Part shown: positions 1 through 13,869 of the stretch, piece after piece
Numbering within the stretch: position 1 is the first letter of the stretch
Layout: every line of letters begins with the position of its first letter
Assembly: GCA_036172245.1 (NCBI GenBank)
Contig: JAYWIR010000017.1
Coordinates: forward strand, 1,240,001 to 1,304,000
Reading direction: 5' to 3'
Source of the DNA: Raillietiella orientalis
Lineage: Eukaryota
Length of the DNA: 64,000 nucleotides
Notes under the pieces: model-generated
What the model was told of the DNA's origin: nothing
What the model saw: only the letters and a program-made list of their open reading frames with translations
Database searches by the model: none
Made by a program: the position numbers and the translations under genes

Positions 1-829
1 CATTATGTTCAAATAAGAAATTTTTTGGTTGTGTCGTGATTTTTGCACACGAGATCTTTTCCCCCTTCCTTTTCCTCCTCTTTTTTTTTTTTTTTTTTTT
101 CTTCCGACACAGCAAAGCAAACATGTGGAATACATTCCCAAAATATCGTCTGCCTTCCTGCGATGGATACAATCTAAACACTTCCTCGGAATCTCTTGCA
201 GTGTCTCCGATACTAAATTGAGCAAGTACATCAATTTCTCCCGAGGAGGAGGAGCAGCAGATCTCCTTTTCGGTTCCCGAAAGCCTCTGATATTCGACCA
301 GGCCCACACTGTTCGAGGAGGAAGCGAGGTTGTTTTCGAAAAGATGAGAGATCCAATTAATGCGGATTCATCCTCTGCTAGCTGTTTTGACCAGAGCGCT
401 GTTATCTTTCTCCAACCCACTTCGCTCGCAGTGCTGTGGCGTCACTCTGGGAGAACGCCTGCCCCTCGAAGAATGCAGGAAGAGGACGACGGGAACGCCG
501 TCCTGTTTGCTAGGTTCTGTCCCGTGATCATCATCCTCTGCCGTTTCGGGACAGAACGCTCGTGTTCTATCGCTCCTTCCCCTAAGCGGGGGAGGCACAG
601 GACTTCCGTCGGAATTTCTTCCTCAGGCACATTTCGTAGAGTGCAGTCGGAACACCTGCAGTTACCGGGAACGCATCTCCGACATCAGGCGATCCTGATA
701 AGTTCAATCACGGGATTCGTCCTCACACTGCACTTAACGAAAGGAGGGATGCTGCCACAGTAGAATGCCCTCGGCGAGCCGTTTTCCAAGATCGTCTTCA
801 TTTTAATGAGGGTCGCGCTGTTTTCCCTT

Positions 830-1152
830 TTTTTTTATAAAGTTGACAAAAGGATTCCACGCTTAAGAGAGGACCGTAACGGTCTCCATGACAGCATGAA
901 AACGCTACTGATTATTATCATTATTGTGTGCCATGTTTGTGCGCCAGCGGAGGCGACGTTTTCACTTGTTCCCAGCTCTTTTCTTCTTTCGTGATGGACG
1001 AATGTTCAATAGAATGCCGGGATATTGAGAAGACGTCCGGAAGATTAACTGACGAAAGTCTAAAAGTTTATGAATTTCTGGCTGCAGAATTTTCGAGTGA
1101 GGAAAGGAAAGCTGCCACCGAGGCAATAAAGAGGAAGACGGGACGACGCTGA
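830..1152 (+). mobile_element. Degraded non-LTR retrotransposon RT fragment (RTE-like)
   Basis: Frameshifted peptides KRIPRL..LHDSMKT, VRQ..FPALFF and FVMD resemble the RTE RT motifs GxPxKL..LHDGM and GVRQGxxLSPxLFxxxMD. Confidence 0.35.
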
Positions 1153-4100
1153 TAGAGATTTGTGATGGCTTTTCTTTCAGAACGTTTGGAAGTGGGAAAA
1201 AAATCTTCAGCGGAGATTTTTTCCTTCCGTTCGTTCGTTTGCTCCCAAATTAAACGGCGGCAGTGGAAACCCCCGAAGAAATTGAAGGGCGAATTCGGAG
1301 CGAGCAAAGTGTTTGCAATCTGAGCGCATCTCTGATGGGGGGGGAAGCTGGAGAAACACTCCAGCGTTGAGGATGCAGCTCAAGTAGAGGGTTTGCGGCC
1401 CTCGCGTTTGTAAGGACAGGCTGCATAATGCAGGAGGGAAGGAAGGAAAGAAAGAAGAGAGAGAGAGAGAAAAAAAAAAATGATGGAATGTCTCCAATTA
1501 GATAAAAGCGAGAAAGTACTTGAAGCAAATGTGATTAGGAGTCCAAGGGTCGCATGTGATAACCAAGAATGGGAATGCTGCAGAATTATATGTCAAGGTT
1601 GCGGGGCACGGTGAGAAAACACGCTCTTGTCGTGGCCGAAGATGAAGTGATGATGATTCACGAGTACTACCAGAAGGGAGCGAATCCCCGAATTTGAAGT
1701 TTCAGCCGCAGCTCGACGGCTTCACCTTCGCGCGAACAGACGACGGATTCGAGGAGGAATTTCTCCCTTCCGAGAGGGGACGTTAAACCCTCTCGCGAGT
1801 GGGCAAACTTTCCGAGTCTTCCGGCGGGCTCCGAGGACTCTCACGAGGGAAGCCTCTTTACCGGTACATTATTGCTGCTGCATTTCAGGATTAGGAACAT
1901 TAGGAAGAAACGCGACGTCACAGCGGCTGATCTGGTCATTCCGGCCGTGCCCGGCTTCGGAGCGACGCGCGGTCGTCAAGGCGGGCCGTAAAAGAGAAGG
2001 GGGAGAGGCGCTCCGGGAGAGACGGGCGGAGGGGTTTCCCGAGTGATGCGAAATAAATTCTCTTATTGTCCGAAGCAATCGATCCCAATCGTCGTAAATC
2101 AGAATGGAGCTCGGGGAAATTGATTTCCCCAGCGTCTGCAAGCGGAGCAACTCCGGGCCCCGAACGCCGGGGCGAGTAAGTGAAAAATGAGCAGGAAGTG
2201 GAATTAATAGTGATCTGGGACTGCGGCGCATGAATTTTTGGTTTTTAAATCGTCCGAGGAAATGAAGCTGAACCGAGAGCTCTCCAAGGCAAGTGCACCT
2301 CTTGCGTTCGAAGATGTTCACAAAATGATGAAAAGTTGCAGGGGGCGGGCCATTAATCTTCCTCGTGTGTGTTGTATCTTTGGATTTTCGTTTCGTCTTC
2401 ATCTAGATATTCTTTTTAGCGTTTGCTTTATCTGAGCGCCCCCCTCCCCTCCTCTCCCCCTCCACGATCAAGATTTTTTCAATTCTTTCAGGAATCGCAT
2501 AGATGTCAGCTGTTTTTTTTTTTTTTTTTGGCTTATTTCAGCATCTATTCTTAGATGATACACTTTCTCCATTATTCTTTCCTGTTTTTTTTTGTTTTTT
2601 GCGTGCTCGAGTTGCTCGCAGCATCTCTCTTCCTTCGGTGGCAATTCAAATTCTGGTTTCTGTTAATTCGTGAGCCAAAAACTCCAGCAAAGTCAGAAGG
2701 AAAAAAAAAAAATTTTTTTCACAGGATCTCTCCTGTTCTTTGATCTTCGTCTGCAGTCTGGAAATTACGGATCGGAGCATCGAGCGCAAACATGGCGCCG
2801 CCGGCCTAGGACTTTGGCGATTCGGAATTTGAATTCAAAACGCGACGCGAGCGCCACACGCCGCGCGGTGTCAAAAAACGCGAGTTTTTTTTTTTTTTTT
2901 CTTTGGCAGCCGCCGCTCGTTTGATTGAGCAACGCAGGGCTTGTCGGCATGCAAGCAAAAACACCGATGCGGATCCGAGGCGGGAACGCAAGGTAAATAG
3001 GGGGATCCTGGGCGCAATCGCTCCGTAATTAAACGCAGGAGCTCCCCATTTTTATCACACGGCATGGGAGGGAAACGGGGTTCGGCGGCTCCCAAGGAAG
3101 GCGACCCCTGCGCACGCGCGCTCGGATGCGCGCCCCGTGGCGGCGGTTGGGACCTCGTTCGGGGCTGCTGCCCTCCGAAGCCTGGGAGAGGGGTCGACCG
3201 CCGTGGACGGACGGCGCCTTGGGATCCGACGTGCAGTCCTCGGATGCGGTTCGTGCCTGCCGGGTGGAAAAAGTCGGTCGCTCGAGCACGGCACGGGTTG
3301 CGCCGCGGGGGGTCTCCCCCCGCCCCCTTCTTCGGGTTCCAGTCGGGCAAGGCTGCAGCTTCCGCACGGATCGCATCGCACGCTGCCGACGGCCGAACGA
3401 ACGAGCACAGCCGCGCGCGCGACGTACCGCAGCGACGTGGGTGGAAGTGTGACGGGTTCGCTCCGCCGTACCACCACCACCACCACCCTTCCGAGCAGGT
3501 GGACGGACCTTCCTGGAGCGGGCTGCAGCGGAGACGAGGCGGCCTCCCGAGTGTCATTCGCGGATCCTGCTGGACAGCGTCGAGGAGGTTCAGGGCGACG
3601 AAGCCGTCGTTTGGGTGACGCCCGTGCGAAATCCTATCCCCTCGACCTCCGCGCCGTTTCGAACGCGTCCCGCACCCGGTGCCGGAAGCCGAGCGCGCGG
3701 TAGCCGGGGAAACGCGCGCTCTCCGGCGCTGCTGCGGGCGGCTGGAGCCGTCGCGTTCCCATCTCTCCGCCGTGACGCGTCTCTCGCGCCGGCGCACTCG
3801 GGAGTTCGCGGCGGAACCCGCGCAGCAGGTAGCGCGCGCGCAGTCACGTGACGCGAAGAACGAGATTCCGCGTTCCGTCAACGCATCGGAGCGACCGGAG
3901 GGCATCCCGGTCCCCTGTTCCTGAGAAAAGGTGTTCGGCCCCTGGTGCGTGCCAAGCGCGAGCTCGGATCCGGCACAGGGTGAGGAATGGGGGGAGGAAG
4001 GGGGAAGCTCCGCTGACCACCGTCGACGAAACGAACAACCGGATTGAGACTTCCAGGGAGGACAGCCCGGCGGCGCGAGCTCGCGCGCCGCCGCCGCCTC

Positions 4101-4876
4101 TCTTTCGAGCGAGTTAATGGCATTCCTGTTCCGGGAGTGTCGGAGCGGAGGAGAAGCCACTCGGGTTCCCGCGCTGGTGCTGCGCCGCCACCAGGCTACC
4201 GGATGTGCGCGGACGGACGGCAGCTCGACAAGGCGCGGCCCGCGTTCCTCCTTTCCGCACCCGGCCTGCGCTGGCTGCTGCTCTCTCGCTCGGGGCGCGG
4301 CGGCGGCGCGCGAGACTCCGCGGAACCCCTTAAAAAAAAAAAAAGAGAGAGAGAAAAAAAAAATGCAGATGCTGAAGCCCGATTTGGTTCGACGCCTCGA
4401 ACGTTTCATTTGCTGTGTCGCTTCCTGTGTTAATTCACACGGAGAGCAATTCCATTTCATGTGTCTTCACCCTCACGGGGGGAATGGTTCGGTCTGGCGA
4501 GGTTTCCATTGGCTGGCGGGAGCCGGGCGTCGCCATGGAGCAAGCCGCGCGCGCGTTAGGCCCGTCTCCATGCAGGTGTCAACGTTAAGTGCCGCGCGCG
4601 CTCTCTCGCGAACCTCGTCAGCCGTTGCGTTGAACGCCTGCCGGATTTTTTTTCCTCCTCCCCCGTCGCCCACAGTCCGGAAATTCCCCGAACCGAAAAG
4701 TGGACTCCGCGGCAGCCGGCCGGATTTCCTCGTTCGCGGGGAGGAGTGGGAGCGGAGTACGTGCTCACAGGTCGCGGTGGTGACGCGCCGGTGGTGGGGG
4801 CCGACGGCAGCCCGGAATGGGCAGCAGCGCACTGCTCGTCTGTTCTCCAGAGGAAAACCCCTCTCGTGCTTCTTCG

Positions 4877-4880
<4 letters not shown>

Positions 4881-4908
<28 letters not shown>
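4881..4908. repeat. (GT)n microsatellite
   Basis: Directly visible run of 14 GT units. Confidence 0.95.
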
Positions 4909-4911
<3 letters not shown>

Positions 4912-4959
4912 TTTTAAGGAAAGAAACAAAAAACAAATTCGCCACCCTGGATGCGCGTG

Positions 4960-5641
4960 GGGTTTTTGTTCCTTTGGTCCTCCAGGTACTCGAGAACCCC
5001 CTTAGGGGGGCTCGCGATGCTCCTTAACGCTGTCCGAGGGTGCGTGTGACTCTTTAATTTACGGATCAACTCCGGAAGCACCACCCTATGAATACAGAGA
5101 GGTTCCGGAGGAAAGAGGTCCGTTCCACCCACGCTTGGTAGGTGTGGGAACCCCCACCCTGGTTGCCTTCGAAAGGAACCCTCAAGGAAGCCTCTTCCTT
5201 ATTCTCTCCGGAGGGACTCCCAGGGGGGGCACTCCTCGTTTCCTCCTCTGAAGAGAACTCCGAAGGGACGCTTGCTAATTTCTCTGAAAGGCGCGTTCCG
5301 AAGGGAGCGGCGCGCTTCTGACACTCTGGAGAGGCATCAATCAGCTCCATGGTACGAGATGGAGGGTTCCCCCCCCCTCGAGGGGAGGGAGACGGCTCCA
5401 AGTGCATGCAGGGAGGCTCCTTGCTTCCTGGAAGAACCCCGGGGGGTCCACTCGTAATCCGGGTCATTCAAGGGGGACATCCGGCTGCTTCTACCAGTGT
5501 CACACACCCCGATACACCGATCAACGTCATCTTGCGGGGGAGCTCGAACCCACGTCGCTCCCCGCGTTCTCGGCGTCGCTCCTTTCCCGGGCTGGATTCG
5601 AACCCGCGATGCTCGGCTCCACTCTCACGGAGTTCGCAGCC
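4960..5641 (-). mobile_element. tRNA-derived SINE, copy 1 (about 680 bp, two B-box-like motifs)
   Basis: Minus strand begins GGCTGCG...GGGTTCGAATCC (B box at 5594-5604), followed by a second GGTTCGAGCT (5541-5550). The body is colinear with 16560-17236 (shared blocks include acactctggagaggcatcaa, cagctccatgg, cgaagggacg and ccttgcttcctg). It ends in an A-rich tail. Confidence 0.75.
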
Positions 5642-7611
5642 GGTGTGTCTCGTTCACGGGGCGGGCATACGTGGTGGGCGCGTCACAGGTGGCTGAAGGG
5701 CGAAGGCGAGGCACGTTGGGAGGGCGCGCACCCGTCCCGACGAGGAGCGAGCGGATCGCCGTCCGGCATGGGAACCGCAGCGAGAGACTGGGAAGGGACG
5801 CCGCGTCTCCTGCCGTTCCTTCTCCGCGGCTGTGGCGGGACGGGGTGCGGGGGGGGCTCCCCGCGCCTTCGGGCGCCCGCGCAACTCTCTGGGAGCTTCC
5901 GGAAGCGACGGCGGCGAAAGGAGGAGGTTGGCAGAGGCAGCGGCGTCGCCTTGACCCGGGGCAGGCCGCTCACGCGCCTATCCGAAGGGGTGGAGGCGTG
6001 GGTGGGAGGCACCGCCTCGTTTGGCGTTCCCACTTTTCTGCGGCGTCTGTGATTCGGAGGGGACGCGAACGAGGGAACTTTCGGGAATCGGTGCGAGAGA
6101 AGGCGGGGATCCTAGCGGGGGAAAAAGGAATCCCGGATCCGGAAACGAAGGAAGGAAAAAAGCTGGAAGCGGAAGTTCTTTGTCTCTTTGCATGAGACTG
6201 CGCGAAGAGCGCGCACGCCACGGAAGACCCGTGTGGCGGCTTCCTGGGAAGTTTCATGTTCCCCTCCCCCCCCCTTCCCTCCCCCTTTGAGTTCTCGACG
6301 AAACGCGACGGTGGCGCCGGCTTCCAGTAACCCTCAGGGCAGCAGTTCAGGGCGCGCCTTCCTGATCCACCGACTCCCAGCTACGGTCGCGACGCGTGCG
6401 CCCCCTTCCGGGACACCACGGTCGCAAAAGGACGCTTCTCCGGATCCCCACGCCCGCTCGCCAGCGTCCGTTCCTATCCCGGGAAGCCGTTCCGGCAGAA
6501 TCCCCTCTTGCTGAACACGACCTCTGCTGGGGGGGGGGGGGGGGCGTCCGATGGCCGGGGGTTGCCGTTGCTCCCGAGGTTTGCCTGCGCCCCTCGTTCC
6601 CGGGAGATCCGGAAGCGAGCGGGCCGCGCGAACGGAGCGGAAATTCCTGTCGGGCGGCCGACGCGCGCGGGCCGCCTGTTAGGGCCGAAGCGCGGTGCTC
6701 GTTACGCGGCGGCGAGCGAGCGATCCGAACTTGGCATTCCTGCTTTCCGAGCGATGCGTGTGTTTGGGACTTTTGCTGCCACTCCAGATATTCTTCCGGC
6801 AAATCGATTTCATGCAATAATTTGTTGAAAGGCGGGCGACACATGCATCTCCCGAACTCCCGTGCACCCCACTAATTAGAATTCTTCCGTTGTCGCCCGC
6901 GTCTCCATTCCCGCTTTCAGGTTCCGCTCTCGCAGGCTTTTTTTTTTTTTTTCCTCTCCTTCCTCCTCCCCCCCCGTCTCTCTCTCTCTCCCTCCCTCGA
7001 ACGAAGAAGAAGAGAAAAAAAAAGAGAAATATAAAAAAAAAAGAAAAAATCAGAATTGTGTCAAAATCTCCTTGATCGCAGCTCAGACCGGCTCGCGTGC
7101 AGGTGTTTATTTTTAAACACGTATTGGCTACGCGCTTCGCGGTACGCATCCCGTGGAAACGCATCCACCGCGCGCGTCCGAGGCGTGTTTACGTGCTCTT
7201 TTTTCGGTTTCGGTTTTTTCGTCCCGTCTTTTTCCTTTCATTTCGCGGGGAGAAAATTCAAGCAGCACGCGTGTTTGCGCCTCGGAAACGTGCTGCATGC
7301 ATGACGCGAATTATCGATGACGACAATTAACGAGCAGCTCCGCAGACGCAAATTAAAAAAAAAAACAAAAACAAAACATACACACAAAACAAAACAACAA
7401 CAGAATGGAAGGAAAGAAAGGAGAGAAGGAGGGAAAAAAATGGAAGCTGTAATCTTTGGAATGCTCCCATCACGGTCATGATTGAGTGATGCGAAACAGG
7501 TTACGCACCGTGGTCCTGGAATGCTCATTTAGCGGGAAGGCGGCACACGGGCAAGCGTTCGGCTTTCGTGTGCCCGCGTGGGCGGAGGAGAAAGTTGACA
7601 AATACCTGGTA

Positions 7612-7642
7612 ATGACATTGTTACGCGCGGTGACATTGTTAC
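7612..7642. promoter_or_regulatory. Two tandem Doublesex/DMRT-consensus sites (candidate)
   Basis: ATGACATTGTTAC (7612-7624) and GTGACATTGTTAC (7630-7642). Both reverse complements fit RnnACAATGTnnY. Confidence 0.3.
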
Positions 7643-10600
7643 GTGGCTGCGCGCTGTTCGCGGGAAGCGCGAACGGGTTGTGCTCGCGGAGAGCGGGCCC
7701 AGTGGATGCGCGCGCGCTGGCTGTGGGAAACGCCCAGAGGCGGCCGGTGCTGCCAGAACTCGGAGAGCAGCGTGCTCGAGCGAGCGGATGGGGGGAGGGG
7801 GGGAGAGAAGAAGAAGAGGAAGACGAGGAAACAAAAAAGGGGGGGGGGAGGGGGGGGGAAACGAAGGAGAGAGAAAAGAAATGCAAGCGAATTGAATCCG
7901 GAATTCGGTTTTATCGCCTTCTCCATCTGAATCGCCAATATTCTTCGCACCGTGGAAGGCATCGTAAAGCGCGTGCGAAAGGAGATTCGTAAACAATGCG
8001 GGGTGGGAGGAGGAGGAGGAGGCTGAGCTGGCGGATTGCAGCCGAAGGAAATCGAACGTTTCGTAATTGAAGTTTTCTTTGTTCAGTGCTCGCCGTGTGC
8101 TACTGCCGGGGTGGGGGGGGGGGGGGGGGGTGGAGACCGAACGGAACGGAACGCTCGCGCATGCGCGGGAAAAGCATGAAGGAACGGTCGCTCGGACGGA
8201 GTTTTTTTTTTTTTTTGGCTCTGCGGGGAGGAGATTCACACCGGGTTGGACTGAATGCGCATGCGCTAACTGGGGAAGGGGGCGATTTCGACACCGACGG
8301 GAGCCGCCTACCTCGCCGGCCTGCTCTTCCCGGCCGGTTCTTCGGGGATCACCGGAGCGGTCGGACCCCTCGCACTCGACGAGGGCCCGTTATCCCCGGG
8401 ATGTCGCCGCTGGCCCGATCTGTTCCTTCCCAGCAACTCCAAGAAGGCGTCTTCCTTTGCGACGTCCTTCCGACGACGGTCCCGAACATCTGCGGGCAGG
8501 TTTCGAAAGGGCGCACCATCGCGGAGGGCGTCTCCGTAGGAGACGGGGAATCCTCTCTCGTCCGCGTGGGAAACCCCCGAAAGCAGCGGGAAAGAGGAGG
8601 AAGGAGGGGTCGTGTTCCCACGGGCGCGCGACCGGGCTTAGCGCGAGGAACTCATCGCCCGGTCTCCTAGGAAACCGCGCGCGGGCAGAGACCGCTGTCC
8701 GAGGGGCGCTGCGCCTCCGTCTTCTCCGTGGAAAGCACGCTCCCGCCCTCTTCTCCCGCTCTCGGTGCCTTGGACGTTCCTGTGCAGTGCGAACCCCGAA
8801 CAGCTTTTTGGCTGTGCGAAGGGAACTCCAGCCAGAGCAGAGGCCGGCCCTCCGCACTATGCAGAGCGTGACGTCACGCCGCCGTGCGCCGCCACCTGCC
8901 GCTTCCTTCCCACCATCCGTTGCCCGCCCGCACGCGTGCCCTTGCCTGCCTGCCACCCTCCTACGTGTACTACCTCGTCTCTGCCGTGCACGGAGCGCTC
9001 GCTTTTCCCGTCGCGGGGACGGTGGAGGGGATTTCCTCTGCCTTGGAGGGCTCCCTTCTGCTCCCTCGCGCGGCGGCTCTGGAAGTCTGCAGGGCGCCCT
9101 GGACCGCGGCGGCGGACTCGACGACGTCTTTCTTGCTGCAATGCTGCTCAACCTGCACCTGAGCTCAGGGGCGTCTTTCACGATATCCGCAGTCGCTAGT
9201 GTTCGGCGGTGTTTGTGATCTTCGTGTGGACCGCTGCGCGGTCAGCAACTCCCTTCGAGCGAGCCGGAGGCGTGCAAACACGCTGCGACCTCGGACTCCA
9301 CGAAGGGGGGTTCCCGTGACAAAGCGGACATCTCTGGTGGCTGACAGCACGGTGTGCCTACTGAAAGCAGCAAGACCCGACTTCGGGAATGGGAAACTGC
9401 CGTACGTCTTCCGCAGTCCCCTTGTGCCCCTCCCGCCCTCTCTCTCCCCATCGCCCTCCCTTCCCCGAAGACTCCTTTCGGATGCAGCAAGACCGCCTCA
9501 GAAGACGAGCCGGCTCCAAAGTCCCGGTGGATTCTCCTGTCTGCGTAGCAGAAGAACGGGCAGCGGGAGGAAGAGGGAGAATCCTCCCTCTCTTTCTCCT
9601 CCTCCCTCCCTCCTCTCCCTCCTCCCTTCCTCTCTTTCTCTTCCTCCTCCCGCCATCAGGACCCGGTGGCTTCGCATCCAGAGAAAGGCGGCGGACGACC
9701 CACACGGACGCCGCGCGGGAGCGATCCAGAGAGAGACGTTCCTGATCGTTTCCATGGCAGCAGATGTTTGCGATGGACCCTCCACACTCATAGCAGCCTA
9801 TTTTTTGCTGCTGGGAATTTTTTTTTCCCCTCGCTGTTCCCGGAGAACGTGAGCGGCGTAACGGGAACGCTCCCTGTCCTCCTCCTCCTCCCCCGCACTT
9901 TCCCGCCTCGTCGCTCCCAGCACGCCTGGCGGGATCGATCCGGACATCCGCCGACCCCTCGCCTTGCGCGCGAGGCGGGAAGCTGCGTCGCCTCAAGGGA
10001 GCCGGGGTGCACCGAGGAGCGCTGCCGTCCGAGCGAAGACGCCCATCCGGCGAGGTCTCTCGGAACGCAGCGCCCGCTCGCCACCCTGCTGGCGCTGTGG
10101 CGCCGGCGCCGGTGCGCCCTGTCCGGGGACAGCGCGTGAGTGACGCACGGAGTGCACGGACGGACTTGTCCTATGAGCAGTCCAATCGGCAGGGCTGCCG
10201 GCCCGCCTCTCTCCGTCTGCCAGCGGACGCGTGGCATGGGACGCGCGTCACGGAGATCCCGCGCCCGCGCAGCATCCGCAGCCACGAGGAAAGGAGGAGC
10301 GAGCCTACCCCTGTGCGTCCATCCCTCCCTCGGGAGTCGAAGGATGCCGAGGAAAATGGTACCGCTTCGGGGTCCAGTCAGAGGAAGACCCAGCGTGGAG
10401 GACTCGGTCTCCGTGCTTTCGCAGTCCCCAGGCGTGGAGGCAAGGCGCTGCCATGACGACGAGGAGAAGTGCCGGAGACGGTGCGAAGGAAGTGGCGGCT
10501 CATCGCCCTGCCCTTGCGAAGGGGCGAAAGGACAGGAAGCCGCTAGTCTGCCGCGGGGTCGCGGGCTGCCTCGCCTGGTCACTGGGGCGGGGCACGGTCT

Positions 10601-12120
10601 CTCCCCTCCCCCCCTGTGTCCCCACTCTGCTGGCCGCCGCCGCCTGTGCGCTGCTGTCTCCCACCGGATGCTTCCGGGACGTCCCTTAGCTCGCCCTCCG
10701 AGCCGGGAAAGGCGGCGGGCAACGGAGGGAGGGAGGTCAGACATTCCCGCTGCTCGCCGGCATCCCTCGGGTGGTGACCCCGGGAAAGGCCAGCAGACCG
10801 GGGTCTCCTCCGGCGTCTGCTGCTCGAGGAGGGTGACCACCCCCGCACCCCTTCCAAGAGCGGCACGGGAACGATGGCGGTTGGCTCCACCCCGTGATCT
10901 CCCGAGGCAATCGCAGGAGCGGCTATGACGAAGTTCTCTGCGACTCCCGCAGATCTCGGACGCGCCGCCGCGTGCGTCAGTCGGCGGCTTCTCGAGCGCA
11001 GCAGTCGCACGCGCCCCGCTCTGCGTGCGTGCTGAAAAGCCGCACGCACGCACGCATGCACGCGGAAGAAACGTCCCTGGGATTCCTCCCGAGGGGCCCC
11101 TCCGCAGACCGCCTTGCCGCCATCTTTGGCCTCCCCGCGCGCGCAGTCTCCTGCCTGGCGCGTCCCTCCGGGAGGCGGCGGGGTCCCCAGATGCTTCCGG
11201 TCGCCGGCGAGTGCAGCCAGGGGATCGAGCGCGCCCCGGCTGCTCCCACGCGGGCCGGGATGCTCAAAGGGAGTAGAGGACCAGGGAAGGCTGGGGATGG
11301 AGCGAAGAGTGTTTCCGAGGATAGCTGCCGGAGGGCACGGGAGAATGCTGCAAACGCTAAGCCCTCATCCCCCTCTCGGGGGCGGCCGTGAATCTGCGGA
11401 GGCATCCCGGGATCTTCTAGAGATAGCCGAGGGGCGCGCACTCCTCCGGGTCACACCGGTTGCAAGTGCCCCGCTCTCGGGACGCTTTCCCGAAGCCCGC
11501 GGGGTCGTGGTAGCTCCCACCCGCTTGCGCTTTTCCGTCTTTGGCTAGCTCAGCGCCCTTCGCGCGCAGCGGCATCAGCAGCACCCGCCCCTGTCGGTTG
11601 CCGCCCACGTGACCCCGGCCTCTGGAGCGGCGCGCATCTCCTCCTCCTCTTGCTGATCGGGACGTGCGCCTGCGGGTCGCGCTCCCGAAGGTCCCCTCGT
11701 GACCCCGAGGTGCGCGCTGACGTCCGGAAACCCTCTGGTGCCGCAGCGTCGGCTTCTCACGTCACTCCAAGTTTCAGGTGCAGTGCGTGTGCATCCCGGG
11801 ACCTCTCCTCCCTCTGCGGATTCGCCCGCGCAGTCCTCCGCCCCTGGACGCGTGGCGTCGGCAACCGCCGCGGTTCCCGCGGCAAGCGAGCACCCCGGAA
11901 ATCGTGAGAGCGCCCCCCCCCCCCACACGCGATGCTGCCCGTGTTACCTAGGTCAAGAGAGAATCTCCGTCTGTTTCCTGCGGAGTCCAGCTGAAGCTCC
12001 GGGAGTGAGGTTCGCCAGCGTCCCTCTTCCAGAATTGGTCGCAGGAATGATCACGACCGACTTTCGCCGCCGTGAGGCTGCCGTGGACCCGAGACAACAG
12101 AGGGGAAAGATCAGTACGGT

Positions 12121-12320
12121 AATAAAAAGAAAGAGGCGAGGGGAGGAGGAGGAAGGAAGGAGAAGGAACCAGGGGGAAAAGGAAGGTAGGGGGACGGAGG
12201 AGGAGGAAAGTAGGAAGGGAAGAGGAATCGGAGGAAGGTAGGAGGAGGAAGAGAAAGAAAGAGGGAAGAGAAGGAAGAGAGGAGGACGAGGAAAAGGAAA
12301 GGAGGAAGTGAGGAAGACGC
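12121..12320. repeat. Polypurine (GGA/GAA) low-complexity tract
   Basis: About 200 bp of almost pure A/G on the plus strand. Confidence 0.9.
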
Positions 12321-12519
12321 TGCGGATCTGTGATTCCGCCCTGAGAGCTGCTCGGGCCGTCGCTCACCTCTGGTTGCCGAAGCAACCGGGAGTCTGCGAG
12401 CCCTCTCCGGCCGGCGGCCTCCGCTCGGTGGCGACGGCTCGCGCGCTACAGCCGGACGCGCGCGTTTCAATTAGATGGCGACTTTTTTTTTGCCGCCGTC
12501 TCCGCAGGATGCTGCTCCC

Positions 12520-12800
12520 AAGCAGTCCGTCTTTTCTGGAGATGCGCCAGCTCCCATTGTTTGTTCATCTTAATTTCAATCAACGCGCATTCCCATCGTG
12601 CGCGTCGCAGCATCCCGTGGAACAAAATATTTTGCTACGGGGAAGCAGGTATTCGACCTTCCCGGAAGATCTTTCGGGAAACCCGGCGGTGTTTGCTCCC
12701 GGGGCCTCGGCTCGAGAAGTCATCCGAAAGCCAAATAAAAAATCGATTCTCCTATGCTGATGATCCAGCCGGATCTCTCGTCATCTTCTCTGACATTGTT
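12520..12800 (+). mobile_element. Degraded LINE RT fragment
   Basis: ORF 12561..12866 contains RCLLPGPRL...RFSYADD, with the RT catalytic YADD motif. Confidence 0.45.
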
Positions 12801-13869
12801 TTATTCACATGCTGTTTACGCATTACTTCTTCACCACGAGACCACGCAAAAAGTTCTGATACATAATTCATCACCGAGAAGAGTTTGAATTCTTCGTCTT
12901 ATTGTCGGGCGAGCCTCCCAGACGAGTCTGTTTTCAAGGGAGCCACGTGGTGGCAAACCGACCAATAGAGGTGGAGCAAACAAGCTGAAAAGGGGGGGAG
13001 GAGGGGGCAGGAACCCGGGGTTGGGAAGGTGGCGCGTCTCCATCCCAAGCATCGAGCGAATAAGGACGTGGGAGGACGCAGGGGGGAGCCATCGGAGTAC
13101 CACTCCCTCCTGCAGCTCCCTTTCGGACGCCCCCGTTCCTCGGGACCGGCAATCGCGGAAGTGAATTCCCGCCACACATTGAATCTTGTTGATTCCTCCG
13201 CCGGTGTTTTCGCTCGCACCTCCCCGTGTTTTATTGGAGGCTGACAGGTTTACGACGGAGCAGTGGTTCTTCGATCGAAACAATCGCCAGCGTCGCATGG
13301 AAATGCGCTCTCCCGTTCCGTGATTTATGCATCTCGGCAGCGACCGCGGAAGCCGGCAGGAACGGCCGGCCTCGTTATGTGGTGCATGCCGCACGGTTTT
13401 CGCCCCCCCCCCCCCCTTCCGCTCAGCAGAGGACGCGCGCGGCTTCTTTGCCTGGAAACCGGCGTTGCTCGGGTGGATCGCGCGGCGACCGGGACTCCCT
13501 CGGACGTCCCTCGCGGGCTTCTAGCAAGAACGGAAACTCCCGCTCGCGTTGCCGCCGGGACGGAAGAGAAGGAAGAGGAGTCGCTGTCCACGCCTGGAAA
13601 ACCCTGGTCGACGCGGGACAGACTCGGTCCATCGAGGGGGGGAGGGGGAAGAAGAGGAAAATCTCTCACTTCTACGTGCGAATCCACTTGGAGCCCCGGG
13701 TAGCGTCCGAGCCGGGCGGGAGTCAGGGGCGACACCTGTCGCAGCGAACGGCAAATTCGCCGAAGGAAGGAGCCGCGCTCACCCACTTCTGGTCTAGCTG
13801 ACCACAAGTGACGGTGATGCAACGTGGATGAGGAGAGAGGAGGTGAAGGAAGAAAAAGAGAGAACGAAG

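Noticed and set aside
29..763. 244-aa ORF as a gene or transposase
   Set aside because: It begins in a poly-T run and has no motif I can support on either strand.
2910..2992. Possible small exon (poly-T..ggcag / AAG|gtaaat)
   Set aside because: It is 83 nt with no recognisable peptide, and poly-T runs are ubiquitous in this window.
2871..4460. 529-aa minus-strand ORF, and similar long ORFs at 8067-9218, 9788-11053, 17472-18560, 21234-22364 and 51695-52705
   Set aside because: They are R/P/G/A/S-rich, overlap ORFs in several frames, run through homopolymer or low-complexity tracts and show no domain. This is expected from high GC and scarce stop codons.
5541..5641. tRNA gene
   Set aside because: A B box is present but there is no convincing cloverleaf; it is the head of a dispersed SINE.
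6060..6660. Cluster of ETS/NF-kB-like motifs
   Set aside because: Matches are short and imperfect, and common by chance in this GGAA-rich sequence.
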